Part shown: one piece after another, positions 1 through 10,344 of the stretch | How positions within the stretch are numbered: position 1 is the stretch's first letter | Layout: every line of letters starts with the position of its first letter | NCBI GenBank assembly: GCA_030141605.1 | Contig: JAQGDQ010002383.1 | Location: 62,001-126,000 of the forward strand | Source of the DNA: Tubiluchus corallicola | Lineage: Eukaryota > Animalia > Priapulida | Length of the DNA stretch: 64,000 nt | Direction: 5' to 3' | The notes under the pieces: generated by a model | What the model was told of the DNA's origin: nothing | The model's database searches: none | Seen by the model: only the letters and a program-made list of their open reading frames with translations | Made by a program: the position numbers and the translations under genes

Positions 1-153
1 GAAGGTAATATACTTGAGCTCGGTATTTCAACCTCCCTGATACTTTATAATTTCATGTTATATTTTTATTTATACTTTGCATTACAATACTAAAAAGGTT
101 TGCTTGTTCATGTACATCATTTCTATGTTAACTCGTCTTAAGAAACTCCTAAT

Positions 154-218
154 GTCTACGGCCATATCACATTGAATACACCAGTAATCGTCTGATCACC
201 GAAGTTAAGCAATGTAGA
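154..218 (+). pseudogene. Truncated 5S rRNA copy (5' half only), preceded by the standard 5S spacer
   Basis: GTCTACGGCCATATCACATTGAATACACC...TCTGATCACCGAAGTTAAGCAATGTAGA matches the eukaryotic 5S 5' half including box A. Bases 1-153 match the spacer at 9041-9193. The 3' half is replaced by a tandem repeat. Confidence 0.9.
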
Positions 219-989
219 CTATTGTCTACAGTGCACTCTTGTCTACAGTGCACTCTTGTCTACTGTGCACTATTGTCTACAGTGCACCCTTGTCTACAGT
301 GTACTCTTGTCTACAGTGCACTATTGTCTACAGTGCACTATTGTCTACAGTGCACTCTTGTCTACTGTGCACTCTTGTCTACTGTGCACTATTGTCTACA
401 GTGCACTATTGTCTACTGTGCACTATTGTCTACAGTGCACTCTTGTCTACTGTGCACTCTTGTCTACTGTGCACTATTGTCTACTGTGCACTATTGTCTA
501 CTGTGCACTATTGTCTACAGTGCACTCTTGTCTACTGTGCACTCTTGTCTACTGTGCACTATTGTCTACTGTGCACTATTGTCTACAGTGAACTCTTGTC
601 TACTGTGCACTATTGTCTACAGTGCACTCTTGTCTACTGTGCACTCTTGTCTACTGTGCACTATTGTCTACTGTGCACTATTGTCTACAGTGAACTCTTG
701 TCTACTGTGCACTATTGTCTACCGTGCACTATTGTCTACCATGCACTATTGTCTACTGTGCACTATTGTCTACTGTGCACTCTTGTCTACAGTGAACTCT
801 TGTCTACTGTGCACTATTGTCTACAGTGCACTCTTGTCTACTGTGCACTCTTGTCTACTGTGCACTATTGTCTACTGTGCACTATTGTCTACAGTGAACT
901 CTTGTCTACTGTGCACTATTGTCTACCGTGCACTATTGTCTACCGTGCACTATTGTCTACAGTGCACTATTGTCTACTGTGCACTATTG
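218..989. repeat. 17-bp tandem satellite (about 45 copies) with higher-order periodicity
   Basis: Unit ACT(A/C)TTGTCTAC(A/T)GTGC. The variant AGTGAACT recurs at 587, 689, 791 and 893 (every 102 bp). Confidence 0.97.
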
Positions 990-2484
990 AGCTTTAAAAC
1001 CAAGACTTCGTATACTTAAAAGTAAAAGGTCATTTACTGCCATTGTCAGCAAAAACAATGGAGAAAAATCGTGGCATGGATTTTTTGCAAAAAATTACGG
1101 ATTCATGCAACCAAAGTCCACTGCAAGATGCTGCAGACTTCGACGAATTATCAGCAGCTCAGAAAATTACACAGAAAAAAGCTTAGAATCAATGCGATTA
1201 GCTGCATTAAAGACCTTCGGTTACACCAAGAGACTTAGCTAATTAACTTCAGTAATTGCTATAATGTAGTTGCTTTGTGACATATGCTGTGATTACAATC
1301 CCACATATTCGCCTGTTTTTCCATTACTTCCTTGTATAATTGTTGTCTGATAAACAGTTTCTCTGTCTGTTCTTTGTTCTCTGCTTGATTGGTTGGTTGG
1401 GTGGCATACTAGCTGTCAGACATTGGTTGATTGGTTGTTTGGTGAGTAAGTCGGTTGTTCAGACAACCGATTGGTTGGTTGACTGATTGAGAAGTAGGTG
1501 TAGTTCTGAATGTGCTTGTCGTGTTGTACACTGGATGCATGTCTCCTAGCTTGCTTACTTGGAAAGCTTTTTAGGTGCTTTGCAGAGTAGTGAGTTGATT
1601 GTGTGTTTTCTTTTATTTGACTGATTAATTTTCAAGTTTAATTTGTTTCCATGACACTTTCGCGTTAACTGTATTTTGCCGCTTGATATTGTTGGGATAT
1701 TTCTCAGATATAAGGCATTACATGTGTTCCATTAATGTAATTAGTCAATTGTGTTCGTGATTTCGCTCTTTGTCCCTTGTATAGCTGTTTTCCATGTAAC
1801 AGATTTCTGTGTATTATCTGGTCTTCAATATAAAAATCATGTACGTCTTTATGTTATTACTTTGTAAGCTTTGTACCTTTACTAAATTTAGCTGCTTATG
1901 TTTGCATTTGCATACAAACCTTAGTTCACATTTTTATAGTTATTTGTGCTATTTGTACTTTACTTTTCATTAATTTCTATTAACTGTAGAACTTATTGTT
2001 AATATATTATAATGTTAATATAATATAACAATTATCATATTGACAATTTTGCTGTTCTTTTTTACAAAAATTTATTTCTCACAAAGAAGAGTTTCAGAAT
2101 TATACACAACCGATTTAGATTTCTATTTTTAACGTCTCATGATAAACGTGCAGCGATTAACTTTTAATTTATTTTCTTTGTATGGAGAATCCTCAAAACG
2201 ACTCGAATCGAAACAAGGGAATATTTTACCTTCACATACAGATATAGTAAAGATAACTTAGACTAGCATTTACATCTTTTACATTAGAAAAACATTGAAA
2301 AGGCAGTCTGAAATATAACAGCTACAAGTGGATCTGAAACAAACGTGGATATATCAAGGAGAAGTGGATCTACGTCAAGCACGGATGGACTCCGGATCTG
2401 TTGAAGAACTATTCTACTGTCCATAACTGTAGAAGTATTGTAAAAAGAATGTTCAATCTATGTTCAACTTGGGAATCACAGGAT

Positions 2485-3436
2485 TTACCAGAAACCACCA
2501 CCGTATCCACGGCCATAAGATACACGTCCGTAGCCACCAAGTCCACCGTATCCACGTCCGTAGTAACCACGGCCATATCCACCATATCCACCAAATCCAC
2601 CATATCCACGTCCGTAGTAACCACCGCCATATCCACCAAATCCACCGTATCCACTTCCATATCCGTAACCTAATCCACGTCCATAGCCAAGGCCACGTCC
2701 ATAGCCCAAGCCTCGTCCGTAGCTGCCACCATAAAATCCGCTGGCACTGACTACAGCAACCTACAAATGTATTATCAATGAAACTGTTGTACAAATGAAC
2801 TTATCAATGAAACTGTTGTACACGTGAACTTATCAATGAAACTGTTGTACAAATGAACTATCAATGAAACTGTTGTACAAATGAACTATCAATGAAACTG
2901 TTGTACAAATGTACTTATCAATGAAACTGTTGTACAAATAAACTTATCAATGAAACTGTTGTACAAATGTACTTATCAATGAAACTGTTGTACAAATAAA
3001 CTTATCAATGAAACTGTTGTACAAATGAACTATCAATGAAACTGTTGTACAAATGTACTTATCAATGAAACTGTTGTACAAATGAACTTATCAATGAAAC
3101 TGTTGTACAAATGAACTTATCAATGAAACTGTTGTACAAATGTATTATCAATGAAACTGTTATACAAATAAAAACTTCTTGTTCTTTTAACTTCTTTTGT
3201 CTCCAAATGTAATTAAATAGTTTGACTGAAATGTTGTTGGCTAACACAAACCAATGCCAAGTACATGTGTCGACGTACTTTGATTGATGCAGTAAAGGCT
3301 ACGTTGTATTAAATAGAAACGTGAATGTAAATTAACTAGGTGTGGTACTCGAACATGAACAATTGGCTAAATTGTGAAATTCCGTCCATAGACGACTTAC
3401 CAAAACGGCAAGGAGGAAAGCTAGAGTGATCTTCAT
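2485..3436 (-). CDS. Secreted Gly/Tyr/Arg-rich peptide, 103 aa; coding exons 3436-3401 and 2760-2485
   Basis: ATG at 3436 gives MKITLAFLLAVL, then a GTAAGT donor. The TTTGTAG acceptor resumes in phase 0 with VAVVSASGFYGGSYGRGLGYGRGLGYGRGLGYGYGSGYGGFGGYGGGYYGRGYGG...YGRGYGGGFW*. Hydrophobic signal peptide ending in VSA. Minus-strand AATAAA at 2168-2173. Confidence 0.9.
2762..3170. repeat. 28-29-bp minisatellite (about 14 copies) in the intron of the Gly/Tyr gene
   Basis: Unit ACAAATGAACTTATCAATGAAACTGTTGT, starting immediately at the splice acceptor. Confidence 0.95.
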
Positions 3437-4272
3437 TTTCCTAACAAGAAAAAATATTTAATTAACAAACTAGAACTTGAATGGGCATTCGATAAAAAAT
3501 CAATAATTGTCATTTTCCAAATTATTTTAGCATAAAACTGACAATGCTCTAATGATCAATGTTGTTTGGTGAAGAGACTGCAATCAAAAGTGATGAAAAC
3601 TCACCTAATGCTGATCAAGGGTTAAATAAAGTGTTTGATACATGTATTAGTACAACATGTATTATACTAAATTTCGCAAAAAAGAAGACAATTAGTCAGT
3701 TTGTGCTAAATTTCTTTGGTAGCCAAAGTTAAGCAGTCGCAAAAAGACTGTGAAGCATCAATGAACGCCTGGATTAAGTTTAGATTATGCCGGTTTAGTA
3801 GCGGAAACCGTTTAAAACAGAATTTTGATACGTTCAATATTTTGATGGCTTAGAGGTAAACGTATTATGTAAAATTTGCAATAAATTAAGACATTTGTGC
3901 TAAATTTCCTTCTTAGCAAAAATTAAACAAACTCGAAAAGCTAAAAGAGACAAAAACGGGGATAGGTATGTACATTTTACGTTTTCAAACAGTTTCCCTT
4001 ACTGACTCGTACGTTTCAAAATGTAAAATAATTTCGTCTCAATCTTGCTACTCCTATATTGTAGATAAAGTTTGTCGTAAATGTTAAGATAAAACGAAAC
4101 ATCTTGTAAGTTTACTCTTCAAAAAATACCACTGAATGTATTACCAAGAAATCTTTCAAACATTTTAAAAAAAGTTGCCGTTTGTAACGATAAAAAACGC
4201 AGTTCGTAAGATGACTAGGTCATATACTAAAACTTCAAAATGCTTACTTTAGTAATAGTAAAAAATACTTAC

Positions 4273-4355
4273 AATTATAAGTTGAGTTGAGATTCGTGTG
4301 GTACCACAGACGACAGGCGTATGGTAGCAACACCGGTCTCATCACGCCTTAAATA
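4273..4355 (-). promoter_or_regulatory. Putative non-coding first exon and TATA-like box of the Gly/Tyr gene
   Basis: Minus-strand GTAAGT donor at 4272-4267. A TTAG acceptor lies 4 nt before the ATG (3442-3441). TATTTAA at 4355-4349. Confidence 0.5.
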
Positions 4356-4711
4356 CTTCCATCGGCTGGTGACCATGAGAGTCAAGCTCTTAATCACAGA
4401 TACCTGAAGTCAGCAGCAGCAGTAGCAGCCGGATTTTTAACGAACAACCTTCTGTCACCCATCAAAATAAAAGTGTTGTTTTCTGTCCTGAGAGACCGCG
4501 CATGTAATTTAAAGCCCTAGCAAGGCAGTTACTGAATATGAAACAAACAGAAAAACAATGACGTCTCTGTGCATTACCAGTGTAAATTAACGTTAGTGGA
4601 AGGTTGGAAAAACGCCTTTTATTTGAATGCATGTGTTTTGTTGATACTGATAATTATTTTCCCTAAAAAAACTTGAAGGGTACAGGGGGTAAGTGATTTG
4701 TAGTTAATTGT

Positions 4712-6200
4712 GCTCAACAGAAAATTGGAGACATAGTTTAGACAACAAGCAATACATTTTAGCGGCATTTTTGGATTTAAGTAAAGCATTCGATAGCATT
4801 AACGCTCGAACTACTTTACGATAACTTAAAACAAATCAGATTTTATTCGATATCGTTAAAACTGATAGAAAATCATCTCAAAGATGGACAAGAACGAGTA
4901 ATGATACAACCAACTTTTCTGACTGGGCAACGTTAAACAGACGTATACCGCAAGGAACACTACTACTTTATTATTTTGCCTATATATAAACAACATATCC
5001 AGTGTATTACAACACTCACAAATAACGCTGATGACACTACAATCTACATAGCCCATGAAAATATCCAAACTGCAAAAATTTATTTAGAAAAAGATATAAA
5101 AAATATAAATACGGCATTTAGTCATTACAAGCTAAATATGAATAATGACAAAACATAAACCATGATACTGTCACCCTCATTAAATACTAATGATGCATCA
5201 TCAACCACTTTGACAATAGATAATGCTGTAATCAAACAAACTAATAATGATAAATTTCTGGGCATACAGGTAGACAATAATCTTTCACGGGATGACACTT
5301 TAATAACATATACACAAAAATGGCATCAAGCACATCATATCTCCGACAAGTTAAAGGGCAGCTAATAAAGGAAACTAAGTCACTAATATATAAAACTTTA
5401 GTTCTACCACACTTCTTATATGGATGTACGCTACTTCAAAAAACCAAAAGAGAAAATTACTTAAAATTAAATCTCCTTCAGAACTATGTGTTGAGATTAA
5501 TAGCTGGGTACTCATACAAACGTAAGGCAGGTAGACAAAAATTTAAAGCTTCAACAACTAACCTGAGAAAAACGTAAAAATTCCCAATCATTGAAGCACA
5601 CAAAGAATATTTTACTCTGCTTTTTACATTTAAATACATTAACAACATCAGCAAACCATTCCGGAATAACAGATTTACCTTTTTTCCAAGTCTAATCGTT
5701 AATTCCAGAACAAGCAATCTAAAACAAATTAGGACAAATACCCACTATGGAACGAACTCTGTAATCAAACAAGCAATTCTACTTTGGAATTCTCTACCAT
5801 TACAGGTTAAACAAATCAAGTCCCTATCAGCATTTAAAACAAAATTAAAATAACTAATATTAACCTAATATGAAATATCATCACACCAGTACGACAACAT
5901 ACACACTAATTCAGAATTTATATATCCACGGCCATATTAATTAAATCATACTTTTTTCGTTTTTTGTTCATAGTTGTAAATATGCTTGATTTTATTCGTC
6001 ATTACTGCACAGTAAGTTTAGCAGTGTAAGTTTTTATTAACTAACACTGATTGATCATCTCTGTAAAGTTACTCTTACTTTACCTCACTCACTCACTCAC
6101 TCACTCACTCACTCACTCACTCACTCACTCACTCACTCACTCACTCACTCACTCACTCACTCACTCACTCACTCACTCACTCACTCACTCACTCACTCAC
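4712..6200 (+). mobile_element. 5'-truncated, decayed non-LTR retrotransposon (L2/CR1-group RT) with a probable (TCAC)n tail
   Basis: Broken frames give AAFLDLSKAFDSIN, NADDTTIY (a YADD variant), KFLGIQVDNNL, IYKTLVLPHFLYGC and LWNSLPLQVKQIKSLSAFKTKLK. (TCAC)n at 6086-6200. Confidence 0.85.
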
Positions 6201-6203
6201 TTA

Positions 6204-6313
6204 CTCCTGCAGCACCTGGTATTCCTTGTTGGTCCCCCATCCAAGTACTAACCCCCCTCTTCGTTGCTTAACTTCGGTGATCAGAAGAGAACCGGTGTCT
6301 TCAACGTGATTTG
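6204..6313 (-). pseudogene. Inverted 5S rRNA pseudocopy 1 (lacks about the first 9 nt)
   Basis: The reverse complement reads CAAATCACGTTGAAGACACCGGTTCTC...GAAGTTAAGCAACG...GTTAGTACTTGGATGGG...GGAATACCAGGTGCTGCAG. Confidence 0.88.
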
Positions 6314-6315
6314 AA

Positions 6316-6440
6316 CCTAGTATTCCTTGTCGGTCACCCATCCAAGTACTAACCCGCCTCTTCGTTGCTTAACTTCGGTGATCAGACGAGAACCCTTGTC
6401 ATCAACCTGTTTTGAACAACCGGTATTTTCAACGCCGTAA
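6316..6440 (-). pseudogene. Inverted 5S rRNA pseudocopy 2 plus a short third fragment, fused head-to-tail with no spacer
   Basis: A second run of TATTCC...GGTCACCCATCCAAGTACTAAC...CGTTGCTTAACTTCGGTGATCAGACGAGAACC, followed by AACCGGTATTTTCAACG. Confidence 0.85.
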
Positions 6441-6714
6441 TTGTGTATAAGCAGATGCGCGTGATATACAAGAATTGCAAACTTGCTACATAGGAACATG
6501 TACTAATGCGTATAAATTGTCCTCAAATACCAGTAAAATCCACACTAAGTTTCGTTTATTAACAATCAGTATGCAAATCAGTAACAACAGTATACAAACA
6601 TGTTTAATATTAGCCTATATCGATTCGATTTTTTTACTTTTTCAAGAACGGAAGTGAACGAGTTAAAAAAAGACAAAAATTCGGATTTCCGTGATAAGTA
6701 ATCTAGCTTGTCGC

Positions 6715-6938
6715 CTAGAATTCACAAATATACGGAAATTTTGCTGTATCACACGAGAAGTCATTCCACGTGTTCCCATTTGCCCGCAAGATGGCGCAGC
6801 TTTCGCCATCGCCGTAATTTTCTGGTTGGCCATCTGCTACATCCCAAGAAGTAAAAAGGGCAGGTCGACCTGTTGCAAACCACCTCCAGTCACCCTCCTC
6901 GTGTATGTCCATTAAACCAATCCAAAAATGCTCACCAG
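6715..6938 (-). CDS. Terminal exon of a C-type lectin domain protein (upstream exons not found; possibly a gene relic)
   Basis: After an AG acceptor it reads GEHFWIGLMDIHEEGDWRW...WDVADGQPENYGDGESCAIL...WNDFSCDTAKFPYICEF*, containing the WIGL, QPEN, WND and ICE motifs. Confidence 0.8.
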
Positions 6939-7540
6939 CTTTATTAAAAACAAAATATAATTAATATTAAATTTGGTTATTTACCATTATATTTTCATAT
7001 AATATAACAGTTATTTAACTTTTATACATTCCTCGGCAATTATAACGTACTTTACCACTCCCATGAAACACTAAAATAACAAATATTACCAGTGATTTTT
7101 TTGAAATTTTTTTGCTCAAACAGCCTGCAGAAAAAAACGTTCTGACGGCACCTGGTGGGACTCTCGAAGGGAGATATACAGCTCTTTAGAAAGGGGAAGA
7201 ACAGGGCTATACGATGATGTGGGCTATATTAGGACACGTCCATCAAGAGCAGTGACGACGACTTAATTAGATGTTCTATTTTTGGCAATTTTCGCTTGGA
7301 AAACTGCTGACGCAAAGCCATTGTTGTGACGTCATCCATTATACTCTGCCTGTAACTTTAATTCAGTAAAAGCTTCTGGCTTTGCGTTAGATAAACAGAC
7401 AAACACTAGGTAGAATGTTTGCGCATATTTGATTATGAGTGGATTTATAAGCAAAATTTTTTTGCGGGGCCTTTGCTAGTTTGTTTATTAATTCACTCAA
7501 TCGTTTATTCACACACAATCATTCATTCATTTATTCAGTT

Positions 7541-7700
7541 AGTCAGTCAGTCAGTCAGTCAGTCAGTCAGTCAGTCAGTCAGTCAGTCAGTCAGTCAGTC
7601 AGTCAGTCAGTCAGTCAGTCAGTCATTCGGTCGGTCGGTCGGTCGGTCGGTCGGTCGGTCAGTCGGTCGGTCGGTCAGTCAGTCAGTCAGTCAGTCAGTC
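7541..7700. repeat. (AGTC)n/(GGTC)n microsatellite
   Basis: Direct reading. Confidence 0.95.
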
Positions 7701-8426
7701 ATTCGTTCACTCATTCAGTAAATAATTTAAAAAACTTACAATTACTTATTTATTTGTGTGATTTATCTGCAGACAATTAAGACAAAATCAATATTCAAGC
7801 TACGAAGAAATAAAAACACAAATAGATAAACAGACAAAATGACACAAAACATACAAATAGTGTAATCTTCAAGAATCACGAAATTGTAATGTGACATGCA
7901 ATGACATAATCGATGAAAAGTTGATCCAAGTTACTCCAAGGTCTTGCATAACCTCACATTTGGTCACTCACTAGCGGAGACGAAAGGTATGCATCTGAGA
8001 AATAATGGGTAAAAGCCCAAGGAGTCAAATCAAATATTGCAAACTGCAGCAATTATCATTTTGAATTTGCCAATGATTGCTTGATTTACTATAATAGTTA
8101 TTTCAGTTGAGAGCTTTACAAGTTGTACAAGATGTACTCAAAAACTAATCACGTACAGTCAAGATGTACACGCTACAGAATCTCCTAGTAAGACTGCTAT
8201 TCGTTGTTAATTATTACTAGTAAATTAGTTAATTCCAGTTCTTATCGGTTTAGCATGTCCCATTAACTTGGAAAATGGTCAAACGTAACACATTTCTCAT
8301 TTGTATTTTTCTCATAGGAATATATGATGGCAGCGAAGACAACTCTCTAATCCAATGCTGTTTTATCGTACACCTGGTTTTACTAGATTATGAATACTAT
8401 AAATACTACTTGTGCTGTGCCGAGCA

Positions 8427-8547
8427 AGCTACAGCCAAATCACGTTGAAAACACCGGTTTTCGTCTGATCCCCAAAGTTAAGTAATGTAGAGACCCTGGT
8501 TAGTACTTGGATGGGTGACCGCCTAGGAATACTACGTGCTGTTGACT
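8427..8547 (+). rRNA. 5S rRNA copy, divergent or chimeric, possibly a pseudogene
   Basis: About 120 nt, AGCTACAGCCAAATCACGTTG...GTGCTGTTGAC, followed by a T6 Pol III terminator. Mismatches in helix I and box A. Confidence 0.75.
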
Positions 8548-8822
8548 TTTTTGCTAGTGCCTATTAACTATTGAAGTGTGTGCACAACACGACCATTTCA
8601 TTTTTGCAGAATTGTTTCTGACTTTTGGAAGTAGAAGTGATAGGAATAAGTGTCTGTCTGAACATTATTTTGATTTTTATTTGCTTTGCATTTTAATGTC
8701 TAAAACTATCTATTTGTTACGTTTCTCAAATACTACACACAAAAATTCAAAACAGATACTTTGTTACTACGTTCACCTTAATCTATCTATTATTTCTATA
8801 TTATCTCTTTTAACGAAATACA

Positions 8823-8882
8823 GAAGTTACGCAACCTCGAACCTGGTTTGGTTTTGCGTTTGAATGGGTGACTGCCCGGGAC
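8823..8882 (+). pseudogene. Degenerate 5S 3'-half relic inside the spacer
   Basis: GAAGTTACGCAACCTCGAACCTGGTT...GAATGGGTGACTGCCCGGGA aligns to the 5S internal promoter region. Confidence 0.7.
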
Positions 8883-9193
8883 TGACATTTTTTTAAATGG
8901 TCAGGAAGGCTGATGACAAAAGCTGTAAAATCTTCTTCAACACTCAAAAATGGATTTTTGTTCTGACTGATATTTTTAAATGAAGGATCTCTTTGCTTGT
9001 TCATGCTTGATCATTCCCATGTTTAATTATGTCATATTTAGAAGGTAATAGACTTGAGCACGGTATTTTAACATCTCTGATATTTTAGAATTTCATATGA
9101 TATTTCTATTTATACTTTGCATTAAAATACTAAAAAGGTTTGTTTATTCATGTACATCATTTCTATGTTAACTCATCTTAAGAAACTGCTAAT

Positions 9194-9312
9194 GTCTACG
9201 GCCATATTACATTGAATACACCGGTTCTCGTCTGATCACCGAAGTTAAGCAATGCAGAGTGTGGTTAGTACTTGGATAGGGGACCGCCTAGGAATACCAC
9301 GTGCTGTAGACT
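9194..9312 (+). rRNA. 5S rRNA gene, full length
   Basis: 119 nt, GTCTACGGCC...GTGCTGTAGACT. Helix I ends pair; box A (AGTTAAGC) and the box C region are present; oligo-T terminator at 9312-9317. Confidence 0.92.
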
Positions 9313-9656
9313 TTTTTGCTAGAGTGATTATTAACAATCAAAGTGTGTGCACAACACGACCATATCATTTTGACAGTATTGTTTTTGATTTTTGGAAGTT
9401 GAAGTGGTGGAAATAAATGTCTGTCTCGACATTACGTTGATTTTTTTTGGCATTTTAATGTGAAAGACTATCTATTTGTTACGTTTCTCGAATATCACAC
9501 AAAGTGAACAAAAATGAAAATAAAACTAGAAAATCAGCCACTGCCCTTCAAAAATTATTTTTGATTTTCATATAAAAATTCAAAACAGATACTTTGTTCC
9601 TACGTTCACCTTAATCTATCTATTATTTCTATATTATCTCTCTTTAACGAAATGCA

Positions 9657-9725
9657 GAAGTTAAGCAATCTCGAACCTGGTTTTGCGTTTGAATGGGTGA
9701 CTGTCCGGGAATTCTGGTATTGCTA
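9657..9725 (+). pseudogene. Degenerate 5S 3'-half relic inside the spacer
   Basis: GAAGTTAAGCAATCTCGAACCTGGTT...GAATGGGTGACTGTCCGGGAATTCTGGTATTGCT. Confidence 0.72.
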
Positions 9726-10018
9726 ACTTCTTAACTTGGTGCTTAAATTTTTTTTAAATGGTCAGGAAGGGTGATGACAAATGCTGTAAAATCTTCTGCA
9801 CCACTCAAAAATGGATTTTTGTTCTGACTGATATTTTTAAATGTGTATTCTTTTTGCTTGTTCATGCTTGATCATTCCCATGTTTAATTGCGTCATATTT
9901 AAAAGATAATATACTTGAGCACGGTATTTGAACCTCCCCGATACTTTATAATTTCATGTGATATTTTTATTTATACTTTGCATTACAATACTAAGAAGGT
10001 TTGCTCGTTCATGTATAA

Positions 10019-10344
10019 TGTTACAGAGGCACCTGTGTCGGGTGTAGGGCCCTCTACACGCCCTGCTTTCACGTCAGCAGCGACTCACCCCTTTTTTGTA
10101 GGTCCAGACGTCTTGTTTGGGCCTACACGTGGTGGAAGAAGCCAGCAGCCCTGGAATGCCAGTAAAAAAGCGTGTAGAGGTCACTAGAGCCTTGATTTGT
10201 GACACAGCTGCTCCTCGGGCGTAGTGCTGTTACTTAGCTATTTTTTGTGTGTGTATTTTGTTCCCCTATAAGTGCTGGTAATAAACTCCGTACAGTGTAA
10301 TTTTTGTGTTTTATATTGTGAGAGTTAAATGACATGCTATAACA
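10019..10344 (+). mobile_element. Possible solo LTR that terminates the 5S array
   Basis: TGTTA...TAACA termini, 326 bp, GC-richer than the flanks, AATAAA at 10280-10285. No target-site duplication seen. Confidence 0.45.

Larger units (their letters stand above)
8427..10016 (+). repeat. Remnant 5S rDNA tandem array, unit about 860 bp
   Basis: Spacer 8548-9193 is paralogous to 9313-10016. The same upstream block begins at 1, 9041 and about 9902. Confidence 0.9.

Noticed and set aside
222-1019. Cys-rich ORFs of 265, 252 and 111 aa
   Set aside because: They are translations of the 17-bp satellite; all frames give the same cyclic peptide and there is no real ATG context.
2401-2750. Thr/Ser-rich and His-rich + strand ORFs
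   Set aside because: These are antisense or alternative frames of the Gly/Tyr gene, which has the splice sites and signal peptide.
7968-8060. Possible signal-peptide exon for the lectin (minus-strand ATG at about 8059, GTGAGT donor at about 7970)
   Set aside because: In-frame stop after 9 codons; cannot be supported.
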